Shown here one piece after another: positions 1 to 14,822 of a stretch of 64,000 nucleotides of DNA. How positions within the stretch are numbered: the stretch's first letter is position 1; every line of letters starts with the position of its first letter. The stretch comes from Laetmonice hystrix (taxonomy: Eukaryota). Both the position numbers and the translations under genes were made by a program. Under the pieces are notes generated by a model. That model was not told where the DNA came from. It worked only from the letters and a program-made list of their open reading frames with translations, and did not search any database. Where the stretch lies: assembly GCA_965235115.1 (NCBI GenBank), contig OZ249436.1:55244001-55308000 (forward strand), read 5' to 3'.

Positions 1-507
1 GATAAATATTGCTTGATACTGTTTTTTGTGATGTCAACGGCCAGGTGGGGCCCACCTAAAAAATTTTTTTAGCCTCGCTACGCTTGGCATGATTTCATTG
101 TAACTGTAGGTACTAATAGTATAATACATCTTCATACAAAAAAGGAAGATCTAAGGGGAGGCAAGCCCCCTGATTAATCCCTCACTGATTAATACATTAA
201 TCTTGAGCAAAAGGTCGGCACCGAAAGCTCTTTAGTTTGATGCTGAGAAGCCGGGAAATAGCACCGATGGCCTTTTATATTCCCAAAGTCGGAGCCCCCC
301 CCTTTCGGCGCGTGGCACCTGGGTCCGCCCCTTGGGGGGGGGGGGGAGGGTGAATACACTGTTATTCTGCCATTCTTATGGTACATAAATCTCGGGGGAA
401 AAGGTCAAACACACCAAGATTGCCCCCCCCCCCCTTTGAAATAGGCAGCGGCGCCCCTGCCCAGGCTTGGCCCCCCCCCCACTTCCAAATACGTTCCGAC
501 GGCCCTG

Positions 508-3365
508 CCCCTAAACACCATACTAAAAGTCCTAAGAAATCCGAGTATGGGAAAGTGGTCAAATTTGCATAATATGAAATGTAGTTCCTGCCGTAATATA
601 TCATTCATATTTTCCCTATAACTTTGCATCTAAGGACACGATTGAAACAAATCAAGTGTCCAAACCCATGTCTTAATGGTCAGTGGACATGATAGGCACA
701 TTTGTAAATTAATATTTTGAATATAATTTGCATATTATGCAAAATAGCTTCCGTCATTGGAGAAAATCTTTTCCTATAACTTGGCAGCTAAGTGGGTATA
801 CACGATTTAAACTAATGAAGAGTTCATGTTCACAAGGTCAGTGAACAGGATGGACATAGTTTCAGATTAACACTATCAATTTGCAGAATATGCAAATTAA
901 GTTCCACCAGTAGGTAAAATTCTAATCTTCACTATTGTTTTACATATACGTAACAAGTCATGTTTTCATGATCTGTAAGAATGACAGACACATTTCCAGA
1001 TTAATTTTTATTCAATTAGAGAGTGAACAGAAAGTCATATAACGACATATCATCTATATCAAAATTAATGGGCCCATCAGTTTCAAGTTGACTTATGCCA
1101 AGTACCAGCAAGTAAAGTGTCTTCTCACTTGTAGCAGACTACATATTTAGCAGGCCCAGGAGTTCGAGTTGGGTTGCTCGAAGCACTGCTGGGACAAGGA
1201 TGTGGTTCTGCAGATAATAGGACTGCTCCTGCTCATGTCATCAAGCATCAGATTTAACAAACTAAAGTTTCAAGTTGACTTACGGCAGGTATTGTGAAGC
1301 AAAGGTTGTCTTCCCGCAGTGGTGGGGACTCCCCTCTCTTCATGCCAGATTTTAACATTTGAAATGACTCGGCCAGGTGCCATCAAGTTTAAGTTGAGCT
1401 CCAGGAACCGCTGGGACAAAGGTTGTCTTCGCCGACCAAGGTTATCTTTAAGTAATTGTATAGGGTGGGTGGTGTTTGGGGTTTTACACCTTGCAATGTT
1501 CAGCCAGGGTCATATCACGGCGGTGAAGATGATGATGAAAGTAATTGTATAGACTTCCTCTCTTGTGGGGAGGGTTCATAAGGCCTAGCCTACTCGAGGA
1601 GTGAGTGGGACAGGTGTGACTTTGCATGCGTATTGACACCATGAAGGTGCTGGTAGCTAATAAAACGTGTATTAGGTGTACTCTATCCTAAGCATACCAT
1701 TATATCTGTGAGTGGGACAGGTGTGACTTTGCATGCGTATTGACACCATGAAGGTGCTGGTAGCTAACAAAACGTGTATTAGGTGTACTCTATCCTAAGC
1801 ATACCATTATATCTGTGAAGTGATGAAAAAAGGCCAGTTAATCCGGTTTACCGGGGTGGATCATTTCAGGCGTTCTGAGATTCTTAGTACCGTACACAGA
1901 GTGGTCTTTTCACTCATAACAGCGTTTCCCCATCTTTGTTATAGTGCGTTCTAGATTATGTAAAATGTTATCCGGGAGGTCAGATATTTCACTCTCCCCA
2001 ATTTTTGTGATTGTTGGGCCCAAGTTGACCTGTGGTCACCCAGTTGGCCGTCTGGCCCAACTGCGGCCGTTACTCTTCCAGTAGCCACTGAAGTAACAGG
2101 AAGGGAGATCCGCCTTCTGGACAACGATTCCACTATGTGATGCCACTTCCTGTAGCAACGGGGTGAAGGTTATTGTAAGACTATCGCTGATATACATTCA
2201 TTCATCAGTGTAGAGGACTTTTTAACATGTTGTTGTCCATGCCCGAGGCATTGGGAAGACAACCTATAGCTCAAGCTTCAATAAAGGGTTTGCGCATTTG
2301 TCTGACTGAAAAGGCATTTCGTGAGCGAACTAGCATTTCAGTTGGGCAACAAGTGCGAGCCTTGTTTGCATATAAGACGGAACTGGATGGTTAGTGGAGC
2401 ATGGTGGGAATTCTCCACTGGCGGTAGTTCTAACTGTCGCATATGTGATTGAGATCGGCCACTTTACACCAAGAACCCATTTTATCAAGTTGGATCCCGC
2501 AGAAAACACACTCGGCCATACTGCCGTGAAATGACAAAAGGAAGCAAGTCCAACTTTCATCAAAATCGACTTAAGTGTAAATTTCGATTCAGGGAAGTAA
2601 GTCCTATCTATCAATGGGTGTATTTCTGCTAAAGCTATCAGTCACATGACAGAAGGAGGCATGCCCATCCAACTGCACTGTAGAGACAACTTGTTTATGT
2701 CCATTTCTCGAAACTTGAACGTTTGGACTTGCTTCCTTTTGTCATTTCACGGCAGAATAGCTATCTGTAATTTCTATAAAAAAAAGAATGAAAACAGAAT
2801 ACAAAACTTGAAAACATACCAGAGTATGGTTAGGATTAGAGTTCAATCAGGTACATAGATCCAAAGTTTTCTCCAATGGCGGAAGCTGATTTGCATAATA
2901 TGCAAATTATATTCAAAATATCAATTTGCAAATGTGCCTATCATGTTCACTAACCATTAGAACATGGGTTTGGACACTTGATTTGTTTCAATCATGACTT
3001 AGATGCACAGTTATAGGGAACAGATGAATTTTCTCTAATGGCGGAGGCTATTTTGCATAATATGCAAATTATATTCAGAATATCAATTTGCAAATGTGCC
3101 TATCATGTCCACTGATTATTAAGTATGGGTTTGGACACTTGATTTGTTTCAATTGTGTCCTTAGATGCACAGTTATAGGGAAAATATGGATTTTCTCTTA
3201 TGGTGGAACCTACATTTCAAATTATGCAAATTTGACCACTTTCCCATACTTGGATTTTTTAGGACTTTTAGTATGGTGTTTAGGGGACCATGCTGAAATG
3301 CACTACAGTAAAATTAAATCTGTTGCAATTTGTGGTGGGTGAAGGTACTACCTTGACTGGACTAG
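508..3365. mobile_element. Long-TIR DNA transposon relic (possibly Academ-like)
   Basis: 508-~900 is an inverted copy of ~2860-3286, which carries ~165-bp subrepeats. The right end finishes ...ttgactggactag (TAG terminus). The left end is interrupted at 507 by another element ending acggccctg. The superfamily call is tentative. Confidence 0.6.
1601..1818. repeat. 107-bp tandem duplication
   Basis: gtgagtgggacaggtgtgac...tatatctgtga at 1601 and 1708, one mismatch. Confidence 0.95.
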
Positions 3366-4762
3366 ACATGTCCTCCTTAATTTTAGGTGGAAATATCTGA
3401 ACATTGCCCCAACATGTCTTTGACTAGGCTTTGATGCGGCCCACTGGGCTGGCACAAGCTCAGCTTCCTCTTCTTCTTCTTTCCTTGACCTTCTGCAAGT
3501 AGGCTAGGTCGGCTGCCTTTTTGGATCTCTTCTGCCTGGTTTTTTAATTCAGTTGTTTTTTCCTCTGGTCCACTTTCTGATACATTGTCTTATCAAAATG
3601 AAATGTCTCCTGCAGGTTATGTTTGTTAACACTTCTCCACAGAAGACAAGACTGCTTCTGTTTTCTTCTTTTATCCACTACAAAAACAGTTCTTCTTCCT
3701 TTCTTCTTTGCTTTCCTCTCAGTGCTACACCGTGTTACTCCCTCTGCAGTTTGTTTGGTGTCTTCACAAAGTTTTTGCAGCTTGGCGTTGTACTGGCGAA
3801 GACCGTCTTTAAGTCCTAAGTACAGGCGGTATCCAAACTAGTGATGCTGGGCCAAGTGTCGGTACATCTGAGATGATTGTGCGTTTGAGAATGGTGGCAA
3901 ACTAAACTTCTTGTTGGACTCTCACTGCCGCACGTATTTATGTCCCAAGAGACAAAATCTCATCCAGTTGAAAGGCTTTACTCAGTTGATGCTGTAATTG
4001 ATGGCTGCTTCATTATGCCACAAGTAACAACCCTGACAGAGGCTTTTTCTAAAGAGGAACTCTTCCACATGAGCGCTGAATAAGTGAAGCAAGCTGAGGA
4101 ACTGCTACATCAGAAAGCGGCCACATCATGTGCGCAACAAGTAGCAGCAAGGCATGAAGCCACTAGCTGCATGAAGACAAGCAATCACGCACATGCAGTA
4201 GATCCAGAGAGTGTACATGGACAATACTGGTGAGCCAGATATTCTCAAGTGGCACCGGGCAACCAAGAAGCAGAAGGAAAAGGCACCTGGTTCATGTTAA
4301 TACCAGTTCTTGGACGAACAAATTTAAAGAACATTACATCAAATATGACTATTAATGGAGCTGAAAGGATACGACTGCATGGGGAGTTCAGGTGTCGAGC
4401 ATGTATTAGAACAGTACCTCCACCAGTGCCAGACCCTCTCTGCAGCACAAGATGGTGTCTGGCACTAAAACACTTCCAGAGTCATATCTTGACGTTGACT
4501 CCAGAGAAGTTGGTGACTTCTGCCCACGAGCACAATTCAAAAAACTTGTCAAAAATGATGGTGTGGTACATTTAACACTGAAGGAGATTCCCAGTTCACG
4601 GTTCCCAAGAAAACACCCAGGCCTCCTCCCTAAATATCTAATGGTTGCCCCCTAGTAGCCATGCACTGTATACGGATATTTAGATTTTAGGCGTATTTGG
4701 CTCAAACTGCTAGTGGATCCCCTGAAGGGACAATGACGCTCTAGAAGGCATTTTCGAAGTAC

Positions 4763-4937
4763 AGGTTCCACAGGCGTTCACGTGTCACTCTTCACCCTCA
4801 TGTCACGAGTGACACGTAAATCAATGAACGAGCTTGCTCGTTTTCACTGACGTGAAACGTCAACGTGAACTTGGTGGAAACCGTCAAGAAAGTGAACCGT
4901 GACACGTGACACGTGACACGTGAACTCTATGGAAACT
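4763..4937. mobile_element. Small hairpin/MITE-like element
   Basis: Imperfect TIRs ggttccacaggcgttcacgtgtcac / gtgacacgtgaactctatggaaac. Confidence 0.5.
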
Positions 4938-5406
4938 CAGCCTACTCTAAAACGTTCAATCCTGTTTCCTCGTGTTATAATTACTTTTTTTTTTATCAAT
5001 TATATTTCTATATTCTTGATATTTGCCTTTATACACCCCCCCCCCCCCCCCACCGCAATCTGGAGGCGCTGCTTCCCAACCCCAACGGCTGCAGGTCCCG
5101 CACGGCAAGTTGTCCATGTGGCCGTGGCGAGTTGCAATATTGGCTGGGCCACTTGACGGTCTGTGACCACAATTCTCGGCGCGCCGACCTCCAAGATGGG
5201 ATGAGATTAACGCTCTCTGTAGTAGCCCCGATACCTCAATATCCGCTGTCCTTCTGCTGACAGGCCCATTGACCACGCTAATAAAACTCCACAACCAAGA
5301 AAATATTATTTTTCGGCGAATCTCGTCTCCATATAAGTTGTTCCGTATTAATCATATAACGTCGACCTTTAATCGATTCAGAACCAATAACATAATATTC
5401 AAAAGG

Positions 5407-5412
5407 AGAGAG

Positions 5413-5491
<79 letters not shown>

Positions 5492-5535
5492 CAGACGGAC
5501 AGAGAGAGACAGAGACAGAGACAGAGACAGAGAGA
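5407..5535. repeat. (GA)n / (GAGACA)n microsatellite
   Basis: Direct reading. Confidence 0.98.
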
Positions 5536-7184
5536 CCTGCATGTGCGAAATGGTTTGTCGGACGTTGCTTCCAATGATGCTAGGTTGGTATAAACTCTGT
5601 TGTTCTAAAGTTCTAAAATTATCTGCAGACATTAGGAACTTTCTGCATAATGTTTAATTGTGGCAGCGTCAATAATATAGGTAGACTTCGAACAACGGTA
5701 CAAAATTGAAATATCTCATTAGCAATCATGACATAAAAATGACATTGTCTGGTACCGTCTACATTTTTCATGATCACAATCAGTTATTGATTCCCATTGT
5801 ACAGCAGGACAACAGACTTACATGTCACTTCACTATGCAGCAGAGAATCGCAGCTCTAAATGCAGTTATATATTATTCACAGTTCCCTAATGACATCGAT
5901 TGTTCTACCCGTGTTAACACTTGGGGTGTTGACATCCCATTCGTCCCTTATACAATCATGATATAGGGCATCGACACCGACCATGTACTGTATCTCTCAC
6001 ATCACACCGTGGGTGCAATGCTATCTATCTGTACGCCAATTTGAGATGGCGTGACAAACTTTATGACATGCACGTACTAATATATGACCTGTTGGCGCAA
6101 TGGTTCTGTGGACCACTCAGCTACATTATCCAATTACCTTTCATGATACATGTATGACCAGTTCGTAACATTGCCAAAACCTTTCAGCATGTTCACGCAG
6201 GACGTAGCCTATGTTAAGTTGTCAATTTCGCAGCCCAGTATAAGCACCCAGTGTCCGAATGATCCGGCAATTCAAGACCAAGTCTTTTGATTGGCTATTG
6301 ACTATCCTTGAAGTTTTTCACCGTTTGTTTAAACGTGAGATAACTGCATACATGTGCTGCTGTCATCATCCGACAGAGTGTAATATTATTTGGTTGTTTT
6401 CCGACGTGGCCTTGTCAGTGGCTTCTCCTTGAGTGACGTCACTGCCGGCGTCATCGTGTAAAGATGGGGTACAGTTGGCAGTGGAACGGTCGTCACATTA
6501 TATATGGGGCCGAATATTCACATCGAAACACAATTATATAGGGGGAATCCCCTTCTAAGTTGCTGAAAACTACATGTTTTCACAGCCCATATCAGGAAGC
6601 GTGTGACATGAAGAGGCCACACACACAGCTTTGTCTAGGCTAACCGTTGATTTTGTCGTGTCATCAAAATTAGTTGAAACTCTTCCACTCTGGAATCCTA
6701 TAATCCTCATGTTATTGTCCTTCATTATAATCATCAATAAAGCGGACCTTTGAATATTAGTCCAAAGTCTGACGGGGATGACCAGTGTTTATTTTTATAA
6801 GAGAATCTAATGGCTAAAGATTCTAATGGCCGCCATCGACTATCACCACCTGACAGTCGGTGTCAAGAGGGCGCTGTCTCGTGTCAAACCTCCAGGCCAA
6901 GTGAGACTATCCCTCGTCACGTGTCAGAGACTCACGTCACTCGAGAGACGCGGGCGTCTGTGTCCGGCCGTCGACGCGACCCTCATTTTGCAGCCTTCGC
7001 TCACATCGGGTCGAGTGACCAAATGTGACCATGACACGCCAACCTGTTTCGGCGCTGTATCCCGGCCCCCATGTGACAACACTGTCACTAGGGGTACACT
7101 CGAGTGCTCCCCATGAATGTCTGGAGTGCTTGTTATAGGCCCTTTTACATGTTTATATAACTAACCCCTGACCCTGAATCCCTC

Positions 7185-7565
7185 TGGCGCTGCCAGACTG
7201 ACCGTTCAACGCCAGAAGTTTCTAAGCGTTTCGCGCTGCATGGCGCTGCCAGACTGGCCGTTCAAAACCAGGCGTTTCTAACAGTTTCGCGCTGCATGGC
7301 GCTGCCAGACTGGCCGTTCAAAACCAAGCGTTTCTAAGCGTTTCGCGCTGCATGGCGCTGCCAGACTGGCCGTTCAAAAGCAGGCGTTTCTAACAGTTTT
7401 GCGCTGCATGGCGCTGCCAGACTGGCCGTCCAACGCCAGAAGTTTCTAAGCGTTTCGCGCTGCCTGGCGCTGCCAGACTGGCCGTTCAACGCCAGGAGTT
7501 TCTAAGCGTTTCGCGCTGCATGGCGCTGCCGGAGTGGCTGTTAAGCCAGGCGTTTCATTTCGCGG
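7185..7565. repeat. 56-bp minisatellite, ~6.5 copies
   Basis: Unit tggcgctgccagactggccgttcaa...gtttcgcgctgca. Confidence 0.95.
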
Positions 7566-8112
7566 CTGCCATGGGTTTGCTGCGCTATTCCTTAGGCCTT
7601 TAATTATTCCTGCTATAATTATGAAACAGAGACTGGGAGAGTAGCCTAAATGAGTATATACCGACTGAGACTTCGGCGAGTGCCGATTTTTATTAATGCT
7701 TGGCTAGTTTCTGTTTTTGGCCAAATCCTCATTTTAGACAGAGGAAGGCCATTTTATACCTTGTTCCATCTTGAGTTGTCAAGGGGCATCGCGCATCCTG
7801 CATGCATTCTTCTCCTTGAGCTCAGGCCCAGGCTAAACCGTGGGAGGTTGACTTTGAAGTCAAACTCATGAATATTAATAGGAACTGGCATCGGCGTCAT
7901 AGACTCGCCCACGCTCACATTCGCGCCCATTTGCTAAAATGAACGCTCACAGATCCTGCACGGGAGCCTGGGTAAACCGCAGGGGACCAGGCACCACTTG
8001 CCGAACTATAGGCCTATTTCTTTTGAGAAATATGGCGGATTTCCCCGTGACACTAGCCGAACCGGTGGTTAATCGAAGGACAAAGACCCAGCGTACGTTT
8101 AAATAAAGAAAT

Positions 8113-8873
8113 AGAGAGTTTTAGCAACCAAACGTATCTCAGCAACGCTAACGCTAACCCAAGTTTTCTGTGTATGACGTCATCACTCTGCGCGATCCTG
8201 CATAGGTAATAAGCGATGTGCGTCCGTCAACAACGTAACGGAGCCTGTTTATACGTACATGATCTACCCATCGTATTTGTGTTTAAGAGAAGTATGATTT
8301 ATTAAACATCAAAGAGGCAATCTCCAAGGTCTTCTCTTTCAATTGATATCTACAATTAGATAATACATTTCGATTTAATTATGCGACAACGGCTCTTAGG
8401 TGGACGATGTCTGACCGTCGGGACCTCGCGAGAAGACCGGGAAGAAGGTGACTGGTAGCCTGTGACCTTGCCGGGCCCTGGTCGCAGTGAGCCCGGCCGG
8501 AAAGAGGGTCTGTGTCGTGGTCTGAGATCTCCGCGGTCTCACATTTCCGGCAGGTCAGATGTATTGCCGTGTGAGACCGGCGGAGATCTGAGTACGCGAC
8601 ACCTGCTTTCCATGCATGTGAAACATGGAAATGATAATTTCTTCGAGATGATGCATAACCTCACACCTCTGTTGGTGTTAGTATTTTGTCTAAAGTAATT
8701 CAAACCTAATTTCTGCTTAAAATATAGGTCTACATAACAGTAACTGCCCCAATACGGTGAGTAGCATCAGCTAAAACTCATTTTGGTCAGCCCGACGTAC
8801 GTTGACTGCGCACGCAACAACGATACGTTTACGTTAGCGTTCTGCGGATGCGTGCTGTCTGCTAAAACTCTCT
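8113..8873. mobile_element. MITE, PIF/Harbinger-like
   Basis: TIR agagagttttagca / tgctaaaactctct flanked by aat on both sides; internal long hairpin at ~8514-8601. Confidence 0.7.
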
Positions 8874-9278
8874 AATATCACTGCTTGGTGCCCCTCTTCG
8901 ATAGGCATAGGCCTAACTTATGTCATTGGCGTAATAAGCTAACGAGTGAGGTGGCGCACGAACGAAGATTGCCGAAGATTGCCGAAAGTACTCGAGTGTG
9001 AGAATGAGACTCGCCAGTAACACTAAACGGTCTTTCCCGTGGCATAGGCTTTCTCGCGAAAATGCCCCATAGCATATGTTTTTGCCTTGCTCAGTTTGCT
9101 GATACACAAATATGTCCCTCCCTGGCAATACAGTTTGTAGGACCCTGACTTGATATACGGTTTAACACGCGAAATTCCAAATTTTATCTTCCCTGATTTC
9201 AGCATCGACCGTCACTTGGCAAGCTGGCGCTAGCTGTCGGTCTCGGCCTAGCTCTGCCGCACTCTCCGGACAGAGATC

Positions 9279-9680
9279 GTATCTCTGCCACAGGCTGGGT
9301 ACTGCCGTTTGAGTGACCCCTGACCTGACCTAGAAACCCCCGGCCGGGCCAGCCGAGCTGGAATCGTGGCTGCTCGATTTTGCTGAGGCACTCGTGTTGT
9401 TTACGGCACAGACTGTCAGAATATGATGCCACATAAACATCTAAATCTTCGGAGAAATCATCTGCAGCCGCTATGTTGAACGGAAGTACCTAGTCGGAAA
9501 CACCCGAAGTAGGCCCTATTTTCAATCATCCCGAAATTGGCTTGCGACTTGCGACTATAGCTGATTTCCCCCCGCAAATGTAGTTCCTAATATTTCATCA
9601 GATATTTCTCTTGTACGGTGAATGAACGCGTAGGGGCCCGATTTTGCCCGCAAAAAGTCAGGTGTGGCAGAGGGGTAGTG
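9279..9680. mobile_element. TIR element, copy 1 (second copy at 56168-57375)
   Basis: TIR ctctgccaca / tgtggcagag; internal blocks (gacccctgacctgacctagaaa, aaatcttcggagaaatcatctgca) are shared with 56388-57375. Confidence 0.75.
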
Positions 9681-12600
9681 GAGCGAGCCCCTCTGCATTA
9701 TGGGAGATTGGCTCTGCTGTGCCCTTGGGAAAGTTGTTCCTCGCACTGTCTGGATTTAATGCTTCGGCCACAACTTTACTCGGGATGATCTTATTGGCTA
9801 ACCAGAAATGCAAGCTAATTTTTATGAATCGCGCCTCAGTGTCCTGTAATCCGATTGGTCGGGACTCGGGACTAAACGCACGGACCTAGGTGACGCTGCG
9901 AAGCACTTCCCTACGATCAGGCGTGGTGTCGTGAGGGGAGGGGGGGGGGGGGTCACTGGAAGCGGTTCAACCTCGAGCGTGGGAGGATGACCTTGTTCTT
10001 GCAAGGTCATAATATCAAATTTTTAAAAACAAATAGGGACCCTATGTTGTGCCCGTTATTTGTTATAAATGGCCAGTTGTACGAATTCTCATCATAGTTG
10101 CGACACACTGATCTAAAACATCATTTATCCATTTGGAAAACCAAAATGCAATGTCAAGAACTGATGGAATGAAGGGCCAATTAAGATATGCTGATGGCAC
10201 TGAAGCATACAGCGGTGTATTGTCAGATAATTGCATGATGCTTAAAAAAAGTAAGAACAAAAATGAGGTATGAATATGATGAGGTATGAATATGGGTCAA
10301 TACAGGCATGCAGGTGTTCTGGAGATTATTTGAATTGGCTTCCGCCAACAGGAAGCGGGTGATTTGTAAACTGAATTGGCAAGATGCTCATCAGGACCTC
10401 GCGTCTTCGGGCAGGCGTTGCTGAGCTCTGTACAAACTGGCGGCCACCGACCAACTGAGCTTAACCTGGCTTCACTTTGACGCGTCCCAGCCTTAGCAAC
10501 TAGCCACGCTTGGCATGTGGCATGACTACAAACGACTTGTCTTTAACATGATTTATACTCAAACGGCAACTGTATTAATCCGCCAACGCTTGCCGCTCCG
10601 GCCCCTCGTTCCATTGACAGAAAGCCCCATGTCGGACTGACCTGTCGCTAATTCCGTGCCACCTAGCGGTGATTGCATTAACACTTGGGCAGGCGTCGAT
10701 CACGTCGACCTCCCATCGTTTAATATAGGATCAGCTTACGAATTCTGCAGGCGGGCCGACCGGGCTTCCGTGACTGGAATAATCTGATTATGATGAGCAG
10801 AGTTGACGTCGGTACGTTTTGATCAGTACAAGTTAGCCTACCTTTGTAAACAACATACAGGTTGAGGGAGGGGCAACTTTTAACCTCAGTTGTAGTAGAG
10901 ATTTTCCTGCGCCCCAGTTTTACCATTATATCAATGGGCATCTTTCACACTTGGAACATTTTCCTCTCCCTACTACCCGGAAAGGCGAACCCCCGGTTTG
11001 TGCTACATTATTGGTCAAAGTTGCTCTGGCCCCGCTTTGCTCTGAAGCTGTGCCTCCACAAGTGTTTTTACTCGGAAATGTCCATTGTCGTTGTGTGTGC
11101 CCCCATCTTCCTCAAAGCTATTATCAGTCCCAGACTCAGCACAGTCCCTCACGTGCATCAACCCCCCCCCCCCCCAGTGTCCACCCCCTCAAGTCATTAG
11201 CCTGGACCATAGCCTATCTACATCTTTAAACGAAGAGCGCCCCCCTTGAATAACTGTTAAACCCCCCATGAAAACGGCGTAAACCCCCAATCACTTACTT
11301 AAACCACGATTACATTAAACTTGGCCCCAGTAAAGGTCTTTGCTGCCATTGGCCCAGCTTATGACCACAACGTAACTCAACTATGCCCCTTCATTGTTTA
11401 AACACAACAGGTCACGCCCCTAGAGAAGCCAAGACCAATTCCCGACCCATTACCTACCTGTAGAGTGGTACGTTAACAGACAGTCTACACTAATACACGT
11501 CGTCCTAATATAATAAAGGGATGGGGAACACAAAGCCTAGGGACAGCACGACACTTCATCCCTCAACCAAGGGACGCCTAATAGATGTACGGCGCCATGT
11601 TTTACTGATGTTTTCTGGTTAGGTGACCAGCCATGCAATTTGGTGTGTATATCGACCGCTTCTAATTAAGATTGACCTGTGTAAGAGGCCAAAAGCAAAT
11701 GAACAATACCAAAAAGACAATAAAGTAGAGATGATTCTACATTTTACCTGGTCTACGTAGTGTTTATGAATATGTGACATTTATGTGATCAAGGGGATAA
11801 TGTACATGTACATACGCAATTATAATCTAGAAACGTGAAAGCTGCTTTTGTATCATTTATTTCCCTATATAGTGGACCATAATGAATAGATTGTAGAGTT
11901 CCAAAGGTTCAAAACCTATGAATAATATACGCCTTTATAATCCATGAGCTATATATTGTAGTTTGCCCCATGACACAATTTCCTCTCACAAGTTCGAGAG
12001 TATCAAGCTTAAAAGACAACACAAAGGAAAACATAATGTAATTTGACACCACATTAATGTCTGAATGTCTTTATTTCAAAAGCTCCTTAAAAACTGAGGT
12101 TAGACGCCGTATAGTTTTCCATATCTGTACGCCACATGCCAATAAGGACCTACATTTAACAGAAATTAAGCTTTCTTGTCATTTAGAGAAATCATACGCC
12201 CTAGAAATTCCTTTGTCGTTAATAATATGTGTAGCCAAAGGAATTAACTGATCTCCCACTACAAAATATATTTATGACAATAATGACACATGGAAGGCCT
12301 TCTCCTGACTCTCGTCAGCCGGTATTGTGCATGAGCCATTACCGCTAAAAGGCCATAAAGCGACGAACATTTCGTGCCAAAAGCGTTTTCTTAATTAGAT
12401 CTGTTTCAATTACACGTCATTATAAGGCGGGTAGACGTTACAGTACGACATTATAGTCTCTTCTCTATGAGTGCGCTGCAAGGCTGATGCGTTTCCCAAT
12501 TATGGTCTTACCATCCCGTTAACATGAATGATTACATGAAAAGCGAAATTCTTTTTTTTTGTTCCTATACAGGGTTACTGAAATCGAACAACTTTTCGTA

Positions 12601-13878
12601 AGAATAATGGTCGTTCTTTCTTTCCCAGCATTCCGAAGGAGAAAAAGCTAGATTTAGACAGCGAATTGATCAGAAAGGTAACTAAACATTAGCAAGTATA
12701 AAGACTTTGGGGGAAAATACCAGAAAGGAAGAAATGTTCATTATGTATTCGACAAGGGTATATATGCCTAATAATTACGCCATAACCATCGTTTGACGTT
12801 GCCGTTGAGACACGGGGTCCTACGAAACTATACACGGTGTGGGACTCATCGAATCGTACATTAAACATCTATAGAGGGAACCAAGTTCTGCTTGATTTAT
12901 CATTCAAGTACATAACTGACCCATCAGATGGCATCTTCTAGCGCACAATTACTTTACATCTGGGACTGCTGGGAGAGCACTCGCCCGCCAGCTTCGCATC
13001 CTCATCTCAATGATGACATTATGTAATTAAATTCCAAGTGCGCCTTACTCTAAAATCATGCATCATCTCATCGCGGTAGTTCAAACACTATTTCCATTTC
13101 AGACTATTCCCATTTCACACTATGCCCATTTCATATAGCATCTGTATTGGTTCTTAGAGTGCAAAATGTGAATTTCATTCTCAAAACGTTCACAGACCGG
13201 GTAAGTAATACTCACAAAGCAATTACTGCACAGCTCACGTTTAAAAGATCCGATTACGTAAGCAGAGGGCCGTATAATTATACTATAGTGCTTTCAAGTT
13301 GTCGGATTCATCTGTACTTCTGAGAAATTAAATTGTACGTAAAGAAATCATAAAACATAAAAGTTGTCAACACGGGGCCACTACGAGCTCAGAAACACCA
13401 CTGCTTCGTATAGATCATGTGATCTCAAGGTTGGGGACAACTAAAGCTGTTGAAGTTCTAATCGCTTACCATTAAAAATTCACCGTTGTAATTTTTTATG
13501 GTAATATGTACTCATTAATAAGCACGGTATGGGCCGGATAGTTCTTCGCATCACCGATCATGGAAAATGTCAAGTGACCGTATTTCTATATTGATAGGTT
13601 TTTGCCTCTCATATGCAGACATTGGTGTTTCACGACCATATTTTGAATACCTTTTTCACCTATTTATTTTGATGCTCATGCATTAACATAAATAAGTCAT
13701 CTCAGTTCCAAAAGATGTGCAAAACTTAAGAAAATGGGAGGTCTTCACTGTTTTCCATTTCAAAAAGGTCCCATTATAATTTGTCAACTGTAGCATTCTG
13801 CCTAGGTTAACGTACCAACCCGTACTTTTGCCCCATTTCCTTCCTGAACGATACTGTTCAAGCATTTGAGTGAGTCAA

Positions 13879-14810
13879 GATGGACTTCATCTCACTGCTC
13901 ACTGCCTCGGCCTGGCTCCAAGAGGCTGCACATGTTTGCTCACACAGGGTGTATGTGGACTTCATCTCACTGCTCACTGCCTCGGCCTGGCTCCAAGAGG
14001 CTGCACATGTTTGCTCACACATGGTGCATGTGGACTTCATCTCACTGCTCACTGACTCGGCCTGGCTCCAAGAGGCTGCACATGTTTGCTCACACATGGT
14101 GCATGTGGACTTCATCTCACTGCTCACTGCCTCGGCCTGGCTCCAAGAGGCTGCACATGTTTGCTCACACATGGTGCATGTGGACGTCATCTCACTGCTC
14201 ACTGACTCGGCCTGGCTCCAAGAGGCTGCACATGTTTGCTCACACATGGTGCATGTGGACTTCACCTCACTGCTCACTGCCTCGGCCTGGCTCCAAGAGG
14301 CTGCACATGTTTGCTCACACACGGTGCATGTGGACTTCACCTCACTGCTCACTGCCTCGGCCTGGCTCCAAAAGGCTGCACATGTTTGCTCACACAGGGT
14401 GTATGTGGACTTCATCTTACTGCTCACTGACTCGGCCTGGCTCCAAGAGGCTGCACATGTTTGCTCACACATGGTGTATGTGGACTTCATCTCACTGCTC
14501 ACTGACGGGGCTGGCTCCAAGAGGCTGCACATGTTTGCTCACACGGGGTGCATGTGGACTTCATCTCACTGCTCACTGCCTTGGCTGGCTCCAAGAGGCT
14601 GCACATGTTTGCTCACACAGGGTGCATGTGGACTTCATCTCACTGCTCACTGCCTTGGCCTGGCTCCAAGAGGCTGCACATGTTTGCTCACACAGGGTGC
14701 ATGTGGACTTCACCTCACTGCTCACTGACTCGGCCTGGCTCCAAGAGGCTGCACATGTTGCTCAGTGACTCGGGCTGGCTCCAAGAGGCTGCACATGTAT
14801 GCTCGCACAG
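13879..14810. repeat. 75-bp minisatellite, ~12 copies
   Basis: Unit atgtggacttcatctcactgctcactgcctcggcctggctccaagaggctgcacatgtttgctcacacagggtgt. Confidence 0.97.
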
Positions 14811-14822
14811 GGAATCATAGAT

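Noticed and set aside
13858..14820. 224-300 aa ORFs on both strands
   Set aside because: They result from a 75-bp unit (multiple of 3) lacking stops in several frames; no unique coding flanks or splice support.
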